Shown piece by piece: positions 42,836 through 54,184 of a stretch of 64,000 nucleotides of DNA. The translations under genes were made by a program, and so were the position numbers. Numbering within the stretch: position 1 is the stretch's first letter; each line of letters starts with the position of its first letter. Origin of the DNA: a bacterium (GTDB lineage Bacteria; Patescibacteriota; Gracilibacteria; UM-FILTER-43-11); assembly GCA_030427295.1 (NCBI GenBank), contig JAUHWS010000001.1:14079-78078 (forward strand), written 5' to 3'. The notes below the pieces were generated by a model, which worked only from the letters and a program-made list of their open reading frames with translations, was not told the origin of the DNA and did not search any database.

Positions 42836-45800
42836 ATGACACAATTAAAAGGCCCAAAGAAGCACGAAGACTTTGACTCCATCAGTCTTTCGATTGCGAG
42901 TCCTGACTCCGTGCTCGCCTGGTCTCATGGAGAAGTCACCAAGCCAGAAACCATCAACTACAGAACCCAAAAACCAGAACGAGACGGGCTTTTCTGCGAA
43001 AAAATCTTTGGCCCCACCAAAAACTGGGAGTGTTACTGTGGGAAGTACAAACGCATTCGCTACAAAGGTGTGGTGTGTGAAAAATGTGGAGTTGAAGTCA
43101 CTCGTAGCATCGTTCGCCGTGAACGTATGGGGCATATCAGTCTAGCAGTACCGGTCACTCACATCTGGTTTCTCCGTTCCACACCAAGCCGACTTGGTCT
43201 ACTTTTAGATCTACCGATCAAAGCCATCGAACAAGTGATTTATTTTGCCGCCTACATCATCACCAATGTCGATGGAGAGGCTAAAAAAGAAGCCCTCGAG
43301 AATTTGGACAAAGACTTCCAAACCTACAAAAAACAAATTCAAGAAGAGTTCAAAGCCAAATCCAATGATTTAAAGATCAAGGCCCGAGCCAAAAATGAAG
43401 AATTGTCTGAAGAAGAAATGGAAGCCATCGATCACGATGATTCCGAAGCAGAGGCCGTGCTGAAATCAGAAGATTCCTTTGCTCAAAAGATCGAGGAACT
43501 GACCATGCAACACAATCAGGCCAAAGATGATCTAGAAAACCTTGCCATCGGAAAGGTTTTGGGAGAAATCGAATACCGAGAACTTTCCATGAAATTTGGT
43601 CATGTCTTCCATGCCGGAACCGGGGCAGAGTCCATCCGAAAAATTCTCGAACAAATGGACTTAAAAGCCTTTATTAAAGAATTAGAAGAACTTCGAAAAA
43701 AGAGCACGGGTCAAAAGTATAAAAAACTCCTTCGCCGTATCCGGCTTGCTTCTGCACTGATCAAAGCCAAAATTCGCCCTGAATGGATGGTGATTAGCCA
43801 ATTGCCTGTCATTCCACCAGATTTAAGACCAATGGTTCAACTCGATGGCGGGCGTTTCGCCGCCTCAGATCTCAATGACCTTTATCGTCGTGTGATCAAT
43901 CGTAACAACCGTCTAAAACGCCTCATGGCCATCGGAGCTCCTGAGGTCATCTGCCGAAATGAAAAACGCATGCTGCAAGAAGCTGTCGACACCCTCTTCA
44001 ACAATGCTGCTCGTGCGGGCCGTGCCGTCTTCACAGCAGGGGACAAGCGTAAGCTCCGCTCTCTTTCTGACATGCTTAAAGGGAAGCAAGGGCGCTTCCG
44101 TCAAAATCTCTTGGGTAAACGTGTGGACTACTCTGGTCGTTCCGTGATCGTGGTCGGTCCTCAGCTCAAGCTTAATGAATGTGGGCTACCTAAAGAAATG
44201 GCCCTCAAACTCTTCAAACCCTTTGTCGTCGGAGAGCTCATCCGCCAAGAGTTAGCTCACAATGTTAAAGGAGCCGAACGTCTCATCGATGAAGGGAAAA
44301 AAGAAGTGTGGGACATCCTAGAAAATGAAACTCAAAAGCGATTGGTCTTGCTCAACCGGGCACCGACCCTTCACCGCTTAGGGATTCAAGCTTTCAAACC
44401 TGTCCTGATCGATGGGAAGGCCATCCAAATCCATCCGCTTGTTTGTGCAGCCTTCAACGCCGACTTTGATGGAGACCAAATGGCCGTTCATCTGCCACTT
44501 TCTGTAAAAGCCCAAGATGAGGCTAAAGAACTCATGTTGGCCACCACCAACTTGCTCAAGCCATCGGCTGGGGAACCGATCATCACACCGTCTCAAGACA
44601 TGGTATTAGGGGTATACTACCTTACTCAGGGCTTCAAAGGAAAGAAAGGGGAAGGCATGACCTTTGCCAATGTCAACGAAGCCATCAATGCGTATCGGAT
44701 GGGGTATGTTGATTTACAAGCCTTTGTCAACGGACGTGCAGAAGGACAAATCATTGAAAACACCACAGTAGGACGCCTGATTTTTAACACCTTCCTTCCC
44801 GAAGAGATTGGTTATGTCAACGAAACCGTCGGAAAAAATGGGCTCAAAGGCTTATTGGCAGACATTCTCGACAAAGCCGGCCCAGAAAAAACTGCATTGG
44901 TCGCCGACGAGTTCAAACGAATCGGATTTAAATTTGCCACCAAATCAGGGATCACTATCTCAGCCTTCGACATGCTGGTGCCAGAATCTCGTGAAGAGCT
45001 CATTGCTGAGGCAGACGAAACGGTTCGAAAGATCAACAATCAGTACTGGAAAGGATGGATCACAGAAGACGAACGTTACCATCATGCCATCCGTCTGTGG
45101 TCTTCCCTCAAAAACAGTGTGACGGGCCAAATGATTGAAAAATTTCAAGGAAACCCCGAAAACAACATTTATTACATGATCGACTCAGGTGCCCGTGGGA
45201 ACTGGGGGCAGATCACCCAGCTCTGTGGAATGAAAGGGTTGGTAGCCAACCCCTCTGGTAAAACCATTGAGCTCCCGATCAAGTCCAATCTAAAAGGAGG
45301 ATTCTCCATCCTCGAATACTTCATCGCAACGCATGGAGGACGTAAAGGAAAATCGGATACTGCGCTTAAAACAGCGGAAGCCGGTTACCTCACCCGTCGT
45401 TTGGTGGATGCCGTGCAAGATATCGTCATCAAAGAGTCTGATTGTGGAACCATTGTAGAACACATCATCACACGTGAAGAAAGTGAGCAAATTGGGGAAG
45501 ATTTCGAAAACCGTATCTTTGGGCGAACCTTGGCAGTCAATATCGAGGATCCAAAAACCAAGAAAGTCATTGCCAAGAATGGTGTGCAGCTAGACAACGA
45601 TATCACCGCAGCCGTCAAAGGTGCTCAAATTGAGGAAGTGGCCGTTCGATCCATCATGACCTGTACCACCGAAAATGGCATTTGCCAACAATGTTACGGA
45701 TTCGACTTGGGAACCAACAAGTTGGTCGATTTAGGAACTGCTGTCGGGATCATTGCCGCGCAAAGTATCGGAGAGCCTGGAACGCAGCTCACCATGCGGA

Positions 45801-46732
45801 CCTTCCACATGGGAGGGGTGGCCGAAGGGTCTGATATCACCCAAGGGCTGACTCGGGTGGAAGAACTTTTTGAAGCCCGTTCACCAAAAGGCGCCGCAGT
45901 TTTGGCTGATATCTCTGGGAAAATATCGATTAAAAATAACAAAGATCAGATTGAAGTCACCATCAAAGCTCAAGAATTAGGAGGTGACACCTACCGCATC
46001 CCACCCGATTTTGAAGCTGTGGTTAAAAAAGGCGACAAGATCAAGCCAAAGCAAATCATTGCACGAGCCATTGGAGAAAAGAATACTTTCAAATCGACCG
46101 ATGAAGGAGAAGTGGTGAAAGTGACCGAGACCGAAATCATCACAAAGCACACTGAAAAGCACGAAAAAACCTATCTTTTCGGTCCAAAGGAAAAAATCAC
46201 TGTCAAGAACAACGATCTCATCGCTCGGGGGACCCCTCTCAACCGTGGTCACCTCAACCTGCAAGAGTTGATGCAAGCCACCGATGTGTACACCACTCAG
46301 AAGTATATCATGACGGATGTGCAGCACATCTATGCGTCTCAAGGTCAAACCATTAACGATAAACACATCGAGATCATCGTGAAACAAATGTTCTCCAAGG
46401 TGCGGATCATGAATCCAGGGGATTCAGATTTCTTGCCAGGCGAATTGGCCAATACCGAGCAGTTCAACAACACCAATAATGAACTAAAGAAAGCCAAAAA
46501 GACCCTGGCCCACGGAGAACGCCTGCTCTTAGGAATCTCACGTGTGGCTATCACCACCAACAGCTGGCTATCAGCCGCTTCCTTCCAAGAAACCATCCGT
46601 GTTTTGGTGGAAGCAGCGACCACTCGAAAGATTGATAACCTAAAAGGCTTGAAAGAAAACGTAATTATTGGTAAACTCATCCCCGCTGGCCACGTCTATA
46701 AGAGTAATTATGAAGCAAAAAGCCAGGAATAA
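42836..46732 (+). CDS. rpoC: DNA-directed RNA polymerase subunit beta'
   Basis: Zn-finger [23 protein letters not shown], catalytic [12 protein letters not shown], trigger-loop and bridge-helix blocks. Confidence 0.97.
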   Translation: MTQLKGPKKHEDFDSISLSIASPDSVLAWSHGEVTKPETINYRTQKPERDGLFCEKIFGPTKNWECYCGKYKRIRYKGVVCEKCGVEVTRSIVRRERMGHISLAVPVTHIWFLRSTPSRLGLLLDLPIKAIEQVIYFAAYIITNVDGEAKKEALENLDKDFQTYKKQIQEEFKAKSNDLKIKARAKNEELSEEEMEAIDHDDSEAEAVLKSEDSFAQKIEELTMQHNQAKDDLENLAIGKVLGEIEYRELSMKFGHVFHAGTGAESIRKILEQMDLKAFIKELEELRKKSTGQKYKKLLRRIRLASALIKAKIRPEWMVISQLPVIPPDLRPMVQLDGGRFAASDLNDLYRRVINRNNRLKRLMAIGAPEVICRNEKRMLQEAVDTLFNNAARAGRAVFTAGDKRKLRSLSDMLKGKQGRFRQNLLGKRVDYSGRSVIVVGPQLKLNECGLPKEMALKLFKPFVVGELIRQELAHNVKGAERLIDEGKKEVWDILENETQKRLVLLNRAPTLHRLGIQAFKPVLIDGKAIQIHPLVCAAFNADFDGDQMAVHLPLSVKAQDEAKELMLATTNLLKPSAGEPIITPSQDMVLGVYYLTQGFKGKKGEGMTFANVNEAINAYRMGYVDLQAFVNGRAEGQIIENTTVGRLIFNTFLPEEIGYVNETVGKNGLKGLLADILDKAGPEKTALVADEFKRIGFKFATKSGITISAFDMLVPESREELIAEADETVRKINNQYWKGWITEDERYHHAIRLWSSLKNSVTGQMIEKFQGNPENNIYYMIDSGARGNWGQITQLCGMKGLVANPSGKTIELPIKSNLKGGFSILEYFIATHGGRKGKSDTALKTAEAGYLTRRLVDAVQDIVIKESDCGTIVEHIITREESEQIGEDFENRIFGRTLAVNIEDPKTKKVIAKNGVQLDNDITAAVKGAQIEEVAVRSIMTCTTENGICQQCYGFDLGTNKLVDLGTAVGIIAAQSIGEPGTQLTMRTFHMGGVAEGSDITQGLTRVEELFEARSPKGAAVLADISGKISIKNNKDQIEVTIKAQELGGDTYRIPPDFEAVVKKGDKIKPKQIIARAIGEKNTFKSTDEGEVVKVTETEIITKHTEKHEKTYLFGPKEKITVKNNDLIARGTPLNRGHLNLQELMQATDVYTTQKYIMTDVQHIYASQGQTINDKHIEIIVKQMFSKVRIMNPGDSDFLPGELANTEQFNNTNNELKKAKKTLAHGERLLLGISRVAITTNSWLSAASFQETIRVLVEAATTRKIDNLKGLKENVIIGKLIPAGHVYKSNYEAKSQE

Positions 46733-46816
46733 AGCCAAATTTTGACCATCGATACAACTTAGACAAGCTGTCTAAAACCCTCCATGTAATAATAATAAGT
46801 AATAAAGAATTAAGTC

Positions 46817-47236
46817 ATGCCAACCATCAACCAATTGGTCCGAAAATCTCGAAGAAAGCAAAAGAAGAAAAGTAAGGCACCTGCGCTTCAATATACTTTC
46901 AACACCTTGAAGAATAAAACAGTAGCCTTTAAAAAAGGAGCCCCTCAAAAACGGGGTGTTTGTGTCAAAGTAACCACGATGACTCCTAAAAAGCCAAACT
47001 CGGCCTTGCGTAAAATTGCACGTGTTCGATTGACCAACGGAAAAGAGGTAAATGCTTACATCATGGGAGAAGGTCACAATCTTCAAGAGCACTCGGTAGT
47101 CACACTTTATGGAGGTCGTGTGAAGGATTTGCCAGGGGTGCCTTATCACATCACTCGTGGGGTGCTCGACTGCCAAGGGGTTCAAGACCGAAAGCAAGGC
47201 CGCAGCCGTTATGGAGCCAAAAAACCTAAAAAATAA
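46817..47236 (+). CDS. rpsL: 30S ribosomal protein S12
   Basis: [44 protein letters not shown]. Confidence 0.97.
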   Translation: MPTINQLVRKSRRKQKKKSKAPALQYTFNTLKNKTVAFKKGAPQKRGVCVKVTTMTPKKPNSALRKIARVRLTNGKEVNAYIMGEGHNLQEHSVVTLYGGRVKDLPGVPYHITRGVLDCQGVQDRKQGRSRYGAKKPKK

Positions 47237-47281
47237 TTTTACAGAACTCGCTAATCACTAACCGCTAATCGCTCTAATTCT

Positions 47282-47743
47282 ATGAGTAAAGTTAAACATC
47301 AATACATTCCTGCAGGATCTACCGCGTGGCAAGAAAAGTTCATCAATTGCATGATGCTCCGTGGTAAAAAATCAGTCGCTCGGTCCATTTTTGCTGAAGC
47401 CATGAGACACATGCGTGACCAAGGCATTAAGAATCCTGAAGAGATATTTGAAAAAGCCATCCGGAATGTCATGCCAAACATGGAAGTACGAGCAAAGCGT
47501 GTCGGGGGTAGTGTGTACCAAATTCCAGTCGAAGTAAAACCAAAGCGACAATTAGCACTCAGTATTCGATGGATCATCAACGCATGTCGCAGTAAAAAAG
47601 GAAGTCCTATGGGAAAACGACTGGCGAATGAATTGATGGAAGCTAGTAAAGAAGCTGGTTCTGCTTTCAAGAAACGAGAAGACACCCACCGTATGGCTGC
47701 TGCCAACAAAGCCTTTGCTCACTTGGCCCGATACAGTCGCTAA
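47282..47743 (+). CDS. rpsG: 30S ribosomal protein S7
   Basis: FINCMMLRGKKSVA..NVMPNMEVRAKRVGGSVYQIPVEV...HRMAAANKAFAH. Confidence 0.95.
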   Translation: MSKVKHQYIPAGSTAWQEKFINCMMLRGKKSVARSIFAEAMRHMRDQGIKNPEEIFEKAIRNVMPNMEVRAKRVGGSVYQIPVEVKPKRQLALSIRWIINACRSKKGSPMGKRLANELMEASKEAGSAFKKREDTHRMAAANKAFAHLARYSR

Positions 47744-47838
47744 TTTTTAGAGACCTTTTTTTCATTTATAGGCGTACTGCTTTAGACTTGCTTTAGTAAA
47801 ATAATTGTGGTACTTTGAGGCAAGATTAACATTTCATT

Positions 47839-48867
47839 ATGTCCAATAAGATCAGCCTAAAAAAATGTGTGAGTCTTTTTTTGGCGACCATGGCATTGGT
47901 GGTTTATCTGCCTACCTTTGCCCAAGGTCAAGACGAAGCAAAAAAGGGATTTTTGGATGTCGCCAGGACGCACGAATATTATGTGCCCATCACCTATTTG
48001 GCGAGCCAAGAAGTGATCAAGGGGTATGATGATGGCAATTTCAAATCTGACAAATTTGTCAATAAGGCTGAGGCCCTAAAAATCATCATTGAAGGCTCAG
48101 ACATTCCAACCGATGTTGTCTTTAGCCCCCTTTTTCCGGATGTCACTCAAGCTGATTGGTTTTGGAGTTACGTGATGAAGGCTCATGGACTGGGCATCGT
48201 CAACGGGAATGACGAAGATGGAACGTTCACTGGTTACGAAGTCGTCAATTTGGCGGAGTTCCTAAAGATGCTCCTCTTAGCCAACGAGATTGATGTCACG
48301 ATTTTTGAAGGCAAGCAAATTGTTCCGAATGTCGATCCCGCCGTGTGGTTTTCGAATTACGCCAGCTACGCCGCTCAAACTGGGATCATCAGTCTGAATG
48401 AAAATGGAGAAATCGACCCCTCTGCCACCCTAACTCGTGGAGAAGTGGTCAATCTGATGTACCTCCTCATTATTGTCATGAATGGCTCAGACACCGATTT
48501 TCTGACCGAACAAATGGAGCAACAAGTTGGACAAATTGAGATCTACATTGCCGACAATCGCTTGGATTTAGCCAAAACCGCCTCCAAACTGGCCGATGAC
48601 ATCGGGCAGCAAATCATCAAAAATGACGGAGAAGATCTCACGGTTGTGGCAGCCGCCAAGGTGGCCCGTGCCTATGATTTATTGGTGGATGCTTACATTG
48701 CAGGCACCGAAGGTAACAATGAAAAGGCCACTGATCTGGCCAATCAAGTCATCCAAAAGGCCAATGAAGCTCAAGAGACCGACGGAGCCCAAGAAAGCAT
48801 CGCCATCCACCTAAAAGAAATCGCCCAGGACATTCTAGAAGAGGTCGAAGCCGATACTACTCAGTAA
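47839..48867 (+). CDS. Secreted protein with three S-layer-homology (SLH) domains and a C-terminal helical region
   Basis: Signal peptide, then three SLH-like repeats: FLDVARTHEYYVPITYLASQEVIKGYDDGNFKSDKFVNKAEALKII; FPDVTQADWFWSYVMKAHGLGIVNG..; VDPAVWFSNYASYAAQTGII..LTRGEVVNLM. Confidence 0.75.
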   Translation: MSNKISLKKCVSLFLATMALVVYLPTFAQGQDEAKKGFLDVARTHEYYVPITYLASQEVIKGYDDGNFKSDKFVNKAEALKIIIEGSDIPTDVVFSPLFPDVTQADWFWSYVMKAHGLGIVNGNDEDGTFTGYEVVNLAEFLKMLLLANEIDVTIFEGKQIVPNVDPAVWFSNYASYAAQTGIISLNENGEIDPSATLTRGEVVNLMYLLIIVMNGSDTDFLTEQMEQQVGQIEIYIADNRLDLAKTASKLADDIGQQIIKNDGEDLTVVAAAKVARAYDLLVDAYIAGTEGNNEKATDLANQVIQKANEAQETDGAQESIAIHLKEIAQDILEEVEADTTQ

Positions 48868-48900
48868 AACCAACTAAAAACCAGCTAAAAACCAGACAAA
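48868..48900 (+). repeat. 3 x 11-nt array (aaccaactaaa aaccagctaaa aaccagacaaa)
   Basis: Starts at the nt after the SLH-protein TAA. Confidence 0.8.
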
Positions 48901-48958
48901 TTTTTTAAAAATTGATCATGTTTTTTTGTTACTCTAAAAACCAATAACAACCAATCTT

Positions 48959-49369
48959 ATGGCGTTAGAAGGAGAAAGAGGTGATGATATCAGCCTTCAT
49001 GGTCTTAATAAAAGTCAGCTTCTCACGGATTTGGGAGAATATGAGCGAGTTTCAAGATTATTAGAGCAACAAGATGAGGTCGGTCCAGAATTGGATCAAC
49101 TGATCCTCCGAATGGCAAAAATCAGAGCACGTATCAATGCAGTTATTCTTACATGGTGGAGCGGTGATGACCCAAGTGGACAACCAAGGCATAAACGCTT
49201 AGGACTCCGGGCTGAACACATGGGTCATATTTTATTAGGGGTAGCATTCCATTATCCTCCAGAGCTCATTACTACAATGCGCAACTACGTTAATCGATCT
49301 TTGGCTGAAGACAGTGGCTCGCGATTGCCTGCCGCCGTAGCGCGACAAGAAATTAGCGCAGCCACCTAG
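48959..49369 (+). CDS. Hypothetical protein (ORFan)
   Basis: 136-aa ORF with no recognisable motif. Confidence 0.45.
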   Translation: MALEGERGDDISLHGLNKSQLLTDLGEYERVSRLLEQQDEVGPELDQLILRMAKIRARINAVILTWWSGDDPSGQPRHKRLGLRAEHMGHILLGVAFHYPPELITTMRNYVNRSLAEDSGSRLPAAVARQEISAAT

Positions 49370-49400
49370 TTAAGATAATTTTTTATTTTAATATTACAAC

Positions 49401-49757
49401 ATGACCAATCCCGACACCCGTGACCCCACTTTAGAGGATCTTGTCGAAGAAGTGGCAGGAACAATAATTGGCCCTAATATCAACATAAAACCGCAAGGGT
49501 TAAGGGTAAGAGCAGAAGCACTTGAAAATGACAGCTATTTGAGAGAGAAAGTTTTAGCTGGCGCACGCAGAGCAATTATGGATGTCGACAGAAAGAGTGA
49601 TTGGTTTCCTAGACTGATGGAGGGGATAGCGCAAGGCACCGACGCAGAGAGGTTAAGGCTAGCGGCCTTTTACCGAGCTCTCGCAGAAAAACTGACAAAA
49701 ATAAGTTCCCAAGCTGGTTCTGTTGACCAGTCAATTTCTGCTGCTGCATCAGCTTAA
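49401..49757 (+). CDS. Hypothetical protein (ORFan)
   Basis: 118-aa ORF with no recognisable motif. Confidence 0.45.
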   Translation: MTNPDTRDPTLEDLVEEVAGTIIGPNINIKPQGLRVRAEALENDSYLREKVLAGARRAIMDVDRKSDWFPRLMEGIAQGTDAERLRLAAFYRALAEKLTKISSQAGSVDQSISAAASA

Positions 49758-49810
49758 TCTCTCAACAGGAGTGCACGTAAGTAGGCTTCGGCATTGAATT
49801 TTTTGGCAAA

Positions 49811-50009
49811 CCCTGAAGGCGAGATTGGCTAATCTCGCCTTCATTGAAAAATAAGAAAACCATTTGTCATCCTTGGAACCCTAAGGGCCCCTTAGGGGCT
49901 TGATCCAAGAGTTGTCTGTATCTGGAACCTCTGAATTCAAAAAGACTCCCAAGTTCACCTTTTTGGTAAACCACTCGCTAAGCTCGTGGACCATAAAGGC
50001 TCGGGAGTG
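49811..50009 (+). repeat. About 200-bp structured repeat R, copy 2
   Basis: Near-identical to 1144-1343 and likewise followed directly by a GTATATAC module. Confidence 0.85.
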
Positions 50010-50038
50010 ACATTAAGGTGTGGGGTAGGTATATACTT

Positions 50039-50270
50039 TGTGTGAGGGTTAGTATATACTTTATTCTTAGTTACGAATTACGAGTGACGAATTACGAGTT
50101 GATTTTTTGAGCGTTTAGCGGTCAGCGTATAGCGTTTAGCTCTATTCTAAGCTCTATTTCAGCTAATCGCTAGCCACTCACCACTGACCACTTGCCGAAA
50201 AAGGAAGCGGGACGATTCCCAGCATTTCGAAGAAGGTAGGTATATAGTTGGGAAGAAGGTGAGTATATAC
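50039..50270 (+). repeat. GTATATAC double-box module M5 (interior type 2)
   Basis: Boxes at 50039-46, 50062-69, 50240-47 (GTATATAG) and 50263-70. The interior is homologous to M3. Confidence 0.85.
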
Positions 50271-50282
50271 TTCTTTTCCAGC

Positions 50283-50310
50283 TTGTCTTTTTCGCTCCAA
50301 TCGGTATACT
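50283..50310 (+). promoter_or_regulatory. Candidate promoter for fusA (TTGTCT-16-TATACT)
   Basis: TTGTCT at 50283-88, a 16-nt spacer, TATACT at 50305-10, about 105 nt upstream of the fusA ATG. Confidence 0.4.
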
Positions 50311-50414
50311 ATCTTCGCCTTTTTATTGAAGTGACAACGAGTGGAAAGCAATTCCAGCTGCCCAGGGTCACTCACTATAAACAGTAAGTAATCAATAATA
50401 ATTAATAATTCAAT

Positions 50415-52502
50415 ATGTCAGACTACAAGGAAGCACTCAAGAAGGTCCGAAACTTTGGGATCATTGCCCATATCGATGCAGGGAAGACCACCTGTACCGA
50501 ACGTATTTTGTACTACACCGGTAAATCTTACAAAATCGGGGAAGTGCACGAAGGAGAAGCCACCATGGACTGGATGGAACAAGAGCAAGAACGCGGGATC
50601 ACCATCACTGCTGCCGCCACCACTTGTTTCTGGAAAGATCATCACTACAACATTATCGATACTCCAGGTCACGTGGACTTCACCGCTGAAGTAGAACGTT
50701 CCATGCGTGTGCTCGATGGGGGGGTAGTGGTTTTTGATGGGGTGGCTGGGGTAGAACCTCAGTCTGAAACCGTATGGCGCCAAGCTGACAAATACCATGT
50801 ACCTCGCATGTGTTTTATCAACAAGCTCGACCGTACTGGAGCCAGTTTTGAGCGTTCGTTCCAAAGTATCTTGGATCGCTTGACCAAAAATGCCTCACCC
50901 ATTCAATTGCCGATTGGAATGGAGTCAGACTTCAAAGGGCTGGTTGACTTGGTCGAAATGAAAGCCACCATCTACACCAACGACTTGGGAACCGACATGG
51001 AAGAAACCGACATTCCCGAAGACATGAAGGCCGATGTAGAAAAATGGCGCGCTCAGATGCTCGAAAAAGTCGCCGAAGGGGACGAGCAATTCATGGAAAA
51101 GTATTTGGGAGGTGAAGAATTCACCACCGAAGAACTCAAAGCCGCCATTCGCCGTGCTGTGATTGCCAACAATTTTGTCCCGGTCCTCACCGGGACAGCC
51201 CTCAAAAACAAGGGGGTACAACTGCTTTTGGATGCCGTAAACGACTACCTACCTTCTCCACTCGACATTCCTGCCATCAAAGGACACATGGCAGATGATC
51301 CAGAAAAAACCGTGGAACGCCACACTGATCCAAATGAACCTCTTGGAGCCCTCGTCTTCAAAATTGCTACGGACCCTTTTGTAGGACGCCTCTGTTTCGT
51401 TCGTGTCTATTCAGGAGTCCTCAAATCTGGATCTTATGTGTACAACTCCTCTCAAGATGCCAAAGAACGAATTGGACGCTTGGTGGAAATGCACGCCAAC
51501 GATCGAAAAGAAATTCAAGAAATTTCAGCGGGACACATTGGGGCCGTCATTGGTCTCAAATCAGTGCGAACCGGATCCACTCTCGTGGGAGATGGTCAAC
51601 CAAAAGTGATTCTCGAATCCATCGAGTTCCCCGAACCCGTGATCTCGATTGCCATCGAACCTAAAACCAAAGCCGACCAAGAAAAGATGGGGCTAGCGCT
51701 TCAAAAATTGGCCGAAGAAGATCCAACCTTCCGTGTACGCTCGGATGAAGAAACCAATCAAACCATCATCTCAGGAATGGGTGAGCTTCACCTCGAAGTC
51801 CTCGTAGACCGCATGAAACGCGAATTTAAAGTGGAAGCAAACATTGGTAAGCCTCAAGTGGCCTATCGTGAAACCATCCAAAAAGAAGTGGAAGAAGAAG
51901 AGAAATACTCCAAGCAAACCGGTGGACGCGGTCAATACGGTCACGTGCTCATCCGTGTCATGCCAAACGAAGCCGGAAAAGGATACGAGTTCATTGACTC
52001 GATCGTGGGAGGGCGTATTCCTAAAGAATACATCCCTGGGGTGCAAAAAGGTCTCGACGAAGCCCTCACGCGTGGGGTGATTGCTGGCTACCCAGTCGTC
52101 GATGTCAAAGTAGAGCTCTACGACGGGTCTTACCATGACGTCGACTCTTCTGAGTTAGCCTTTAAGATGGCTTCTAGCATTGCCTTCAAGAACGCCTGTA
52201 AAAAAGCCAGTCCAGTACTTCTAGAGCCCACCATGCACGTGGAAGTCGTGACTCCAGAAGATTACATGGGGGATGTGATGGGGGACATCAACTCTCGTCG
52301 GGGGCAAATCGATTCGATGGGGGATCGTGGACAAGCCAAAACCATCGAAGCCAAAGTCCCACTCTCCGAAATGTTCGGTTATGTTGGTGACCTCCGCTCG
52401 ATGACCCAAGGAAGGGCTTCATACACCATGGAATTCTCTCACTACGCCAAAGTGCCTAACAACGTGGCTGAGAAGATCCGTGAAGAACGAGGGATGGCGT
52501 AA
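50415..52502 (+). CDS. fusA: Elongation factor G
   Basis: [27 protein letters not shown], and domain IV/V blocks. Confidence 0.97.
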   Translation: MSDYKEALKKVRNFGIIAHIDAGKTTCTERILYYTGKSYKIGEVHEGEATMDWMEQEQERGITITAAATTCFWKDHHYNIIDTPGHVDFTAEVERSMRVLDGGVVVFDGVAGVEPQSETVWRQADKYHVPRMCFINKLDRTGASFERSFQSILDRLTKNASPIQLPIGMESDFKGLVDLVEMKATIYTNDLGTDMEETDIPEDMKADVEKWRAQMLEKVAEGDEQFMEKYLGGEEFTTEELKAAIRRAVIANNFVPVLTGTALKNKGVQLLLDAVNDYLPSPLDIPAIKGHMADDPEKTVERHTDPNEPLGALVFKIATDPFVGRLCFVRVYSGVLKSGSYVYNSSQDAKERIGRLVEMHANDRKEIQEISAGHIGAVIGLKSVRTGSTLVGDGQPKVILESIEFPEPVISIAIEPKTKADQEKMGLALQKLAEEDPTFRVRSDEETNQTIISGMGELHLEVLVDRMKREFKVEANIGKPQVAYRETIQKEVEEEEKYSKQTGGRGQYGHVLIRVMPNEAGKGYEFIDSIVGGRIPKEYIPGVQKGLDEALTRGVIAGYPVVDVKVELYDGSYHDVDSSELAFKMASSIAFKNACKKASPVLLEPTMHVEVVTPEDYMGDVMGDINSRRGQIDSMGDRGQAKTIEAKVPLSEMFGYVGDLRSMTQGRASYTMEFSHYAKVPNNVAEKIREERGMA

Positions 52503-52545
52503 GTCTAATTCATTCCAATACGTTCCAATTCATTACAATTTCCAA

Positions 52546-52582
52546 ACGAAGGCGAGGATATATATCCTCGCCTTCGTTTTTT
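52546..52582 (+). terminator. Intrinsic terminator after fusA
   Basis: acgaaggcgagga-tatata-tcctcgccttcgt followed by tttttt. The stem sequence gaaggcgagg is shared with the first hairpin of repeat R. Confidence 0.85.
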
Positions 52583-52708
52583 GGAATATAAAATATGTAG
52601 GTCTTCACACACGAGCTTTCAAAATCTCAATTTTTCCTCTTAATAAAAGCCAAAAATCACATTAAAGAATGACGTAATTAATTACATAATTTTGTATTTT
52701 CATCGACA

Positions 52709-53422
52709 TCATTTATTACTTTGCTTCTGTCTTCTGATCTCCGCATTCACTTGCTCAAGAGTATCAAAAAAGGCTTTACGAGACCCAGACGCTCTATCTA
52801 ACATTGACATGTAAGTAAGGACCTCTGGATCATTTAGAGGTCCCCTTAAGGCATCTCTCCACAGAGTTTCAGTTTTTGTATCAATGCTTCCACTCGACAA
52901 ACCCTCATTTAAACGGTTAAGTATAAACATAGCTGCCATTATTTTACCAGATGACTCACCATGAAGTCGCAGTCTGTCTTTGATATGCAGCCGTCTTGCA
53001 TATTGAGTGAATATAGACTGAATTGTTCCCACCTGTTCTTTATGGGGCAGACTTGCTACGTAATCTATGGCAGACATGACAAAGTTCTCGCCCTCACTTG
53101 CATCCGAAGCCAAAATTTCATCCACTAATGGCTCAGTTTCGTGCTGAAGTCTATCGCCCAAAGCGTTAATCCATCGATTTCGAATGTCATCAGGCAATTG
53201 CCTAATATAACCCATTATTTGATGAACAAATTTGCGTTGAACGTGCTCAGGTGTAATCCAATCGTGATGATGTGAAGATGCGTTCCTCATTCCTCTATCA
53301 AAGGCTGCTTGCATCGCATCAGCATCTCGAGCTGCATCCATCTCGTATAAAAATTGTTCAAAGTAATCGCGCTTGGGTTCAGGTGCGGGAATCCGATAGG
53401 TGTCTTTTGATCTTTCATTCAT
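52709..53422 (-). CDS. Hypothetical protein (ORFan)
   Basis: 237-aa ORF that looks helical, with no signal peptide and no recognisable motif. Confidence 0.5.
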   Translation of the reverse strand: MNERSKDTYRIPAPEPKRDYFEQFLYEMDAARDADAMQAAFDRGMRNASSHHHDWITPEHVQRKFVHQIMGYIRQLPDDIRNRWINALGDRLQHETEPLVDEILASDASEGENFVMSAIDYVASLPHKEQVGTIQSIFTQYARRLHIKDRLRLHGESSGKIMAAMFILNRLNEGLSSGSIDTKTETLWRDALRGPLNDPEVLTYMSMLDRASGSRKAFFDTLEQVNAEIRRQKQSNK

Positions 53423-53529
53423 CCCTTAATTATAACATTTTCTTAGTTAAAACACAAAAAATAACCCTTAATTCCCATTTGAAACGCCTTTGTCTTTCTG
53501 CTACACTCCAAACAGAAAAAAACAAAAAA

Positions 53530-54018
53530 ATGAAAAGCGTAGTAAGCACATCACTTTCTCGTAAACTCAAATCCGGCGTCCTGTGGGGGCTGGGATTTTT
53601 TGCGGCTTTTGGGTTGGCATTTTATGCCTACGCCATTGGATTTCCTGACACCCAACCGGGTCCCGCCTCTGGCGTCGTGGGGATGTTTGTAGGAGCCACG
53701 CCCCAGGTTTATACTGGAAACATCAGCAATTACGACAAGGCCAATGGAAATTGCATCGACGCCTACGAAGACAGCCACATTTGCACGACCACCGAAATAA
53801 TCAATACTTACAATCACAATTCAGCTACCCTTCTGGGTCAAACCGATAGTTTTTGGGTCAACGGTGGCAGCCCTGCAAATCTAGAAGACTTCAGCAGTGA
53901 TTGTTTAGGATGGAGCACGGATCTTAGTGTTGCTTTCGGATATGTATGGGATACCGGTGATCAGCGGGCCTACCTCACCTCCTGCGACCAACAGCGCGCT
54001 TTTGCTTGTTGCAAGTAG
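53530..54018 (+). CDS. Membrane-anchored/secreted Cys-rich protein
   Basis: ATG 53530 (MKSVVSTS..) precedes a TM/signal helix. The C-terminal domain has 6 Cys (..NGNCIDAYEDSHICTT..SSDCLGWST..YLTSCDQQRAFACCK). A C-type-lectin/endostatin-like fold is only a guess. Confidence 0.55.
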   Translation: MKSVVSTSLSRKLKSGVLWGLGFFAAFGLAFYAYAIGFPDTQPGPASGVVGMFVGATPQVYTGNISNYDKANGNCIDAYEDSHICTTTEIINTYNHNSATLLGQTDSFWVNGGSPANLEDFSSDCLGWSTDLSVAFGYVWDTGDQRAYLTSCDQQRAFACCK

Positions 54019-54072
54019 GTCCGAATGGGTTGCGAATTGGCCGCGAATAGTTCACGGATAGATTACGAATTG
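54019..54072 (+). repeat. 11-nt periodic array, about 5 units, followed by three TGGACCNNNTGG 12-mers
   Basis: gtccgaatgg gttgcgaattg gccgcgaatag ttcacggatag attacgaattg. Starts at the nt after the TAG at 54016-18. Confidence 0.85.
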
Positions 54073-54184
54073 TGGGACGGGTGGTGGACCGAGTTGTGGA
54101 CCAAATGGTTGTCTTAACTGAATAGAAACCACAACCCGGCCAACAATGCGGCCCACGGATTGACTTGGATAAAACAAAATAAAT

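Noticed and set aside
38573-46680. Numerous 60-170-aa ORFs on both strands inside rpoB and rpoC. The same occurs inside fusA, tuf, murA, pheS, purM, rny and the nuclease gene.
   Set aside because: These are shadow ORFs within strongly conserved long genes, with no independent support.
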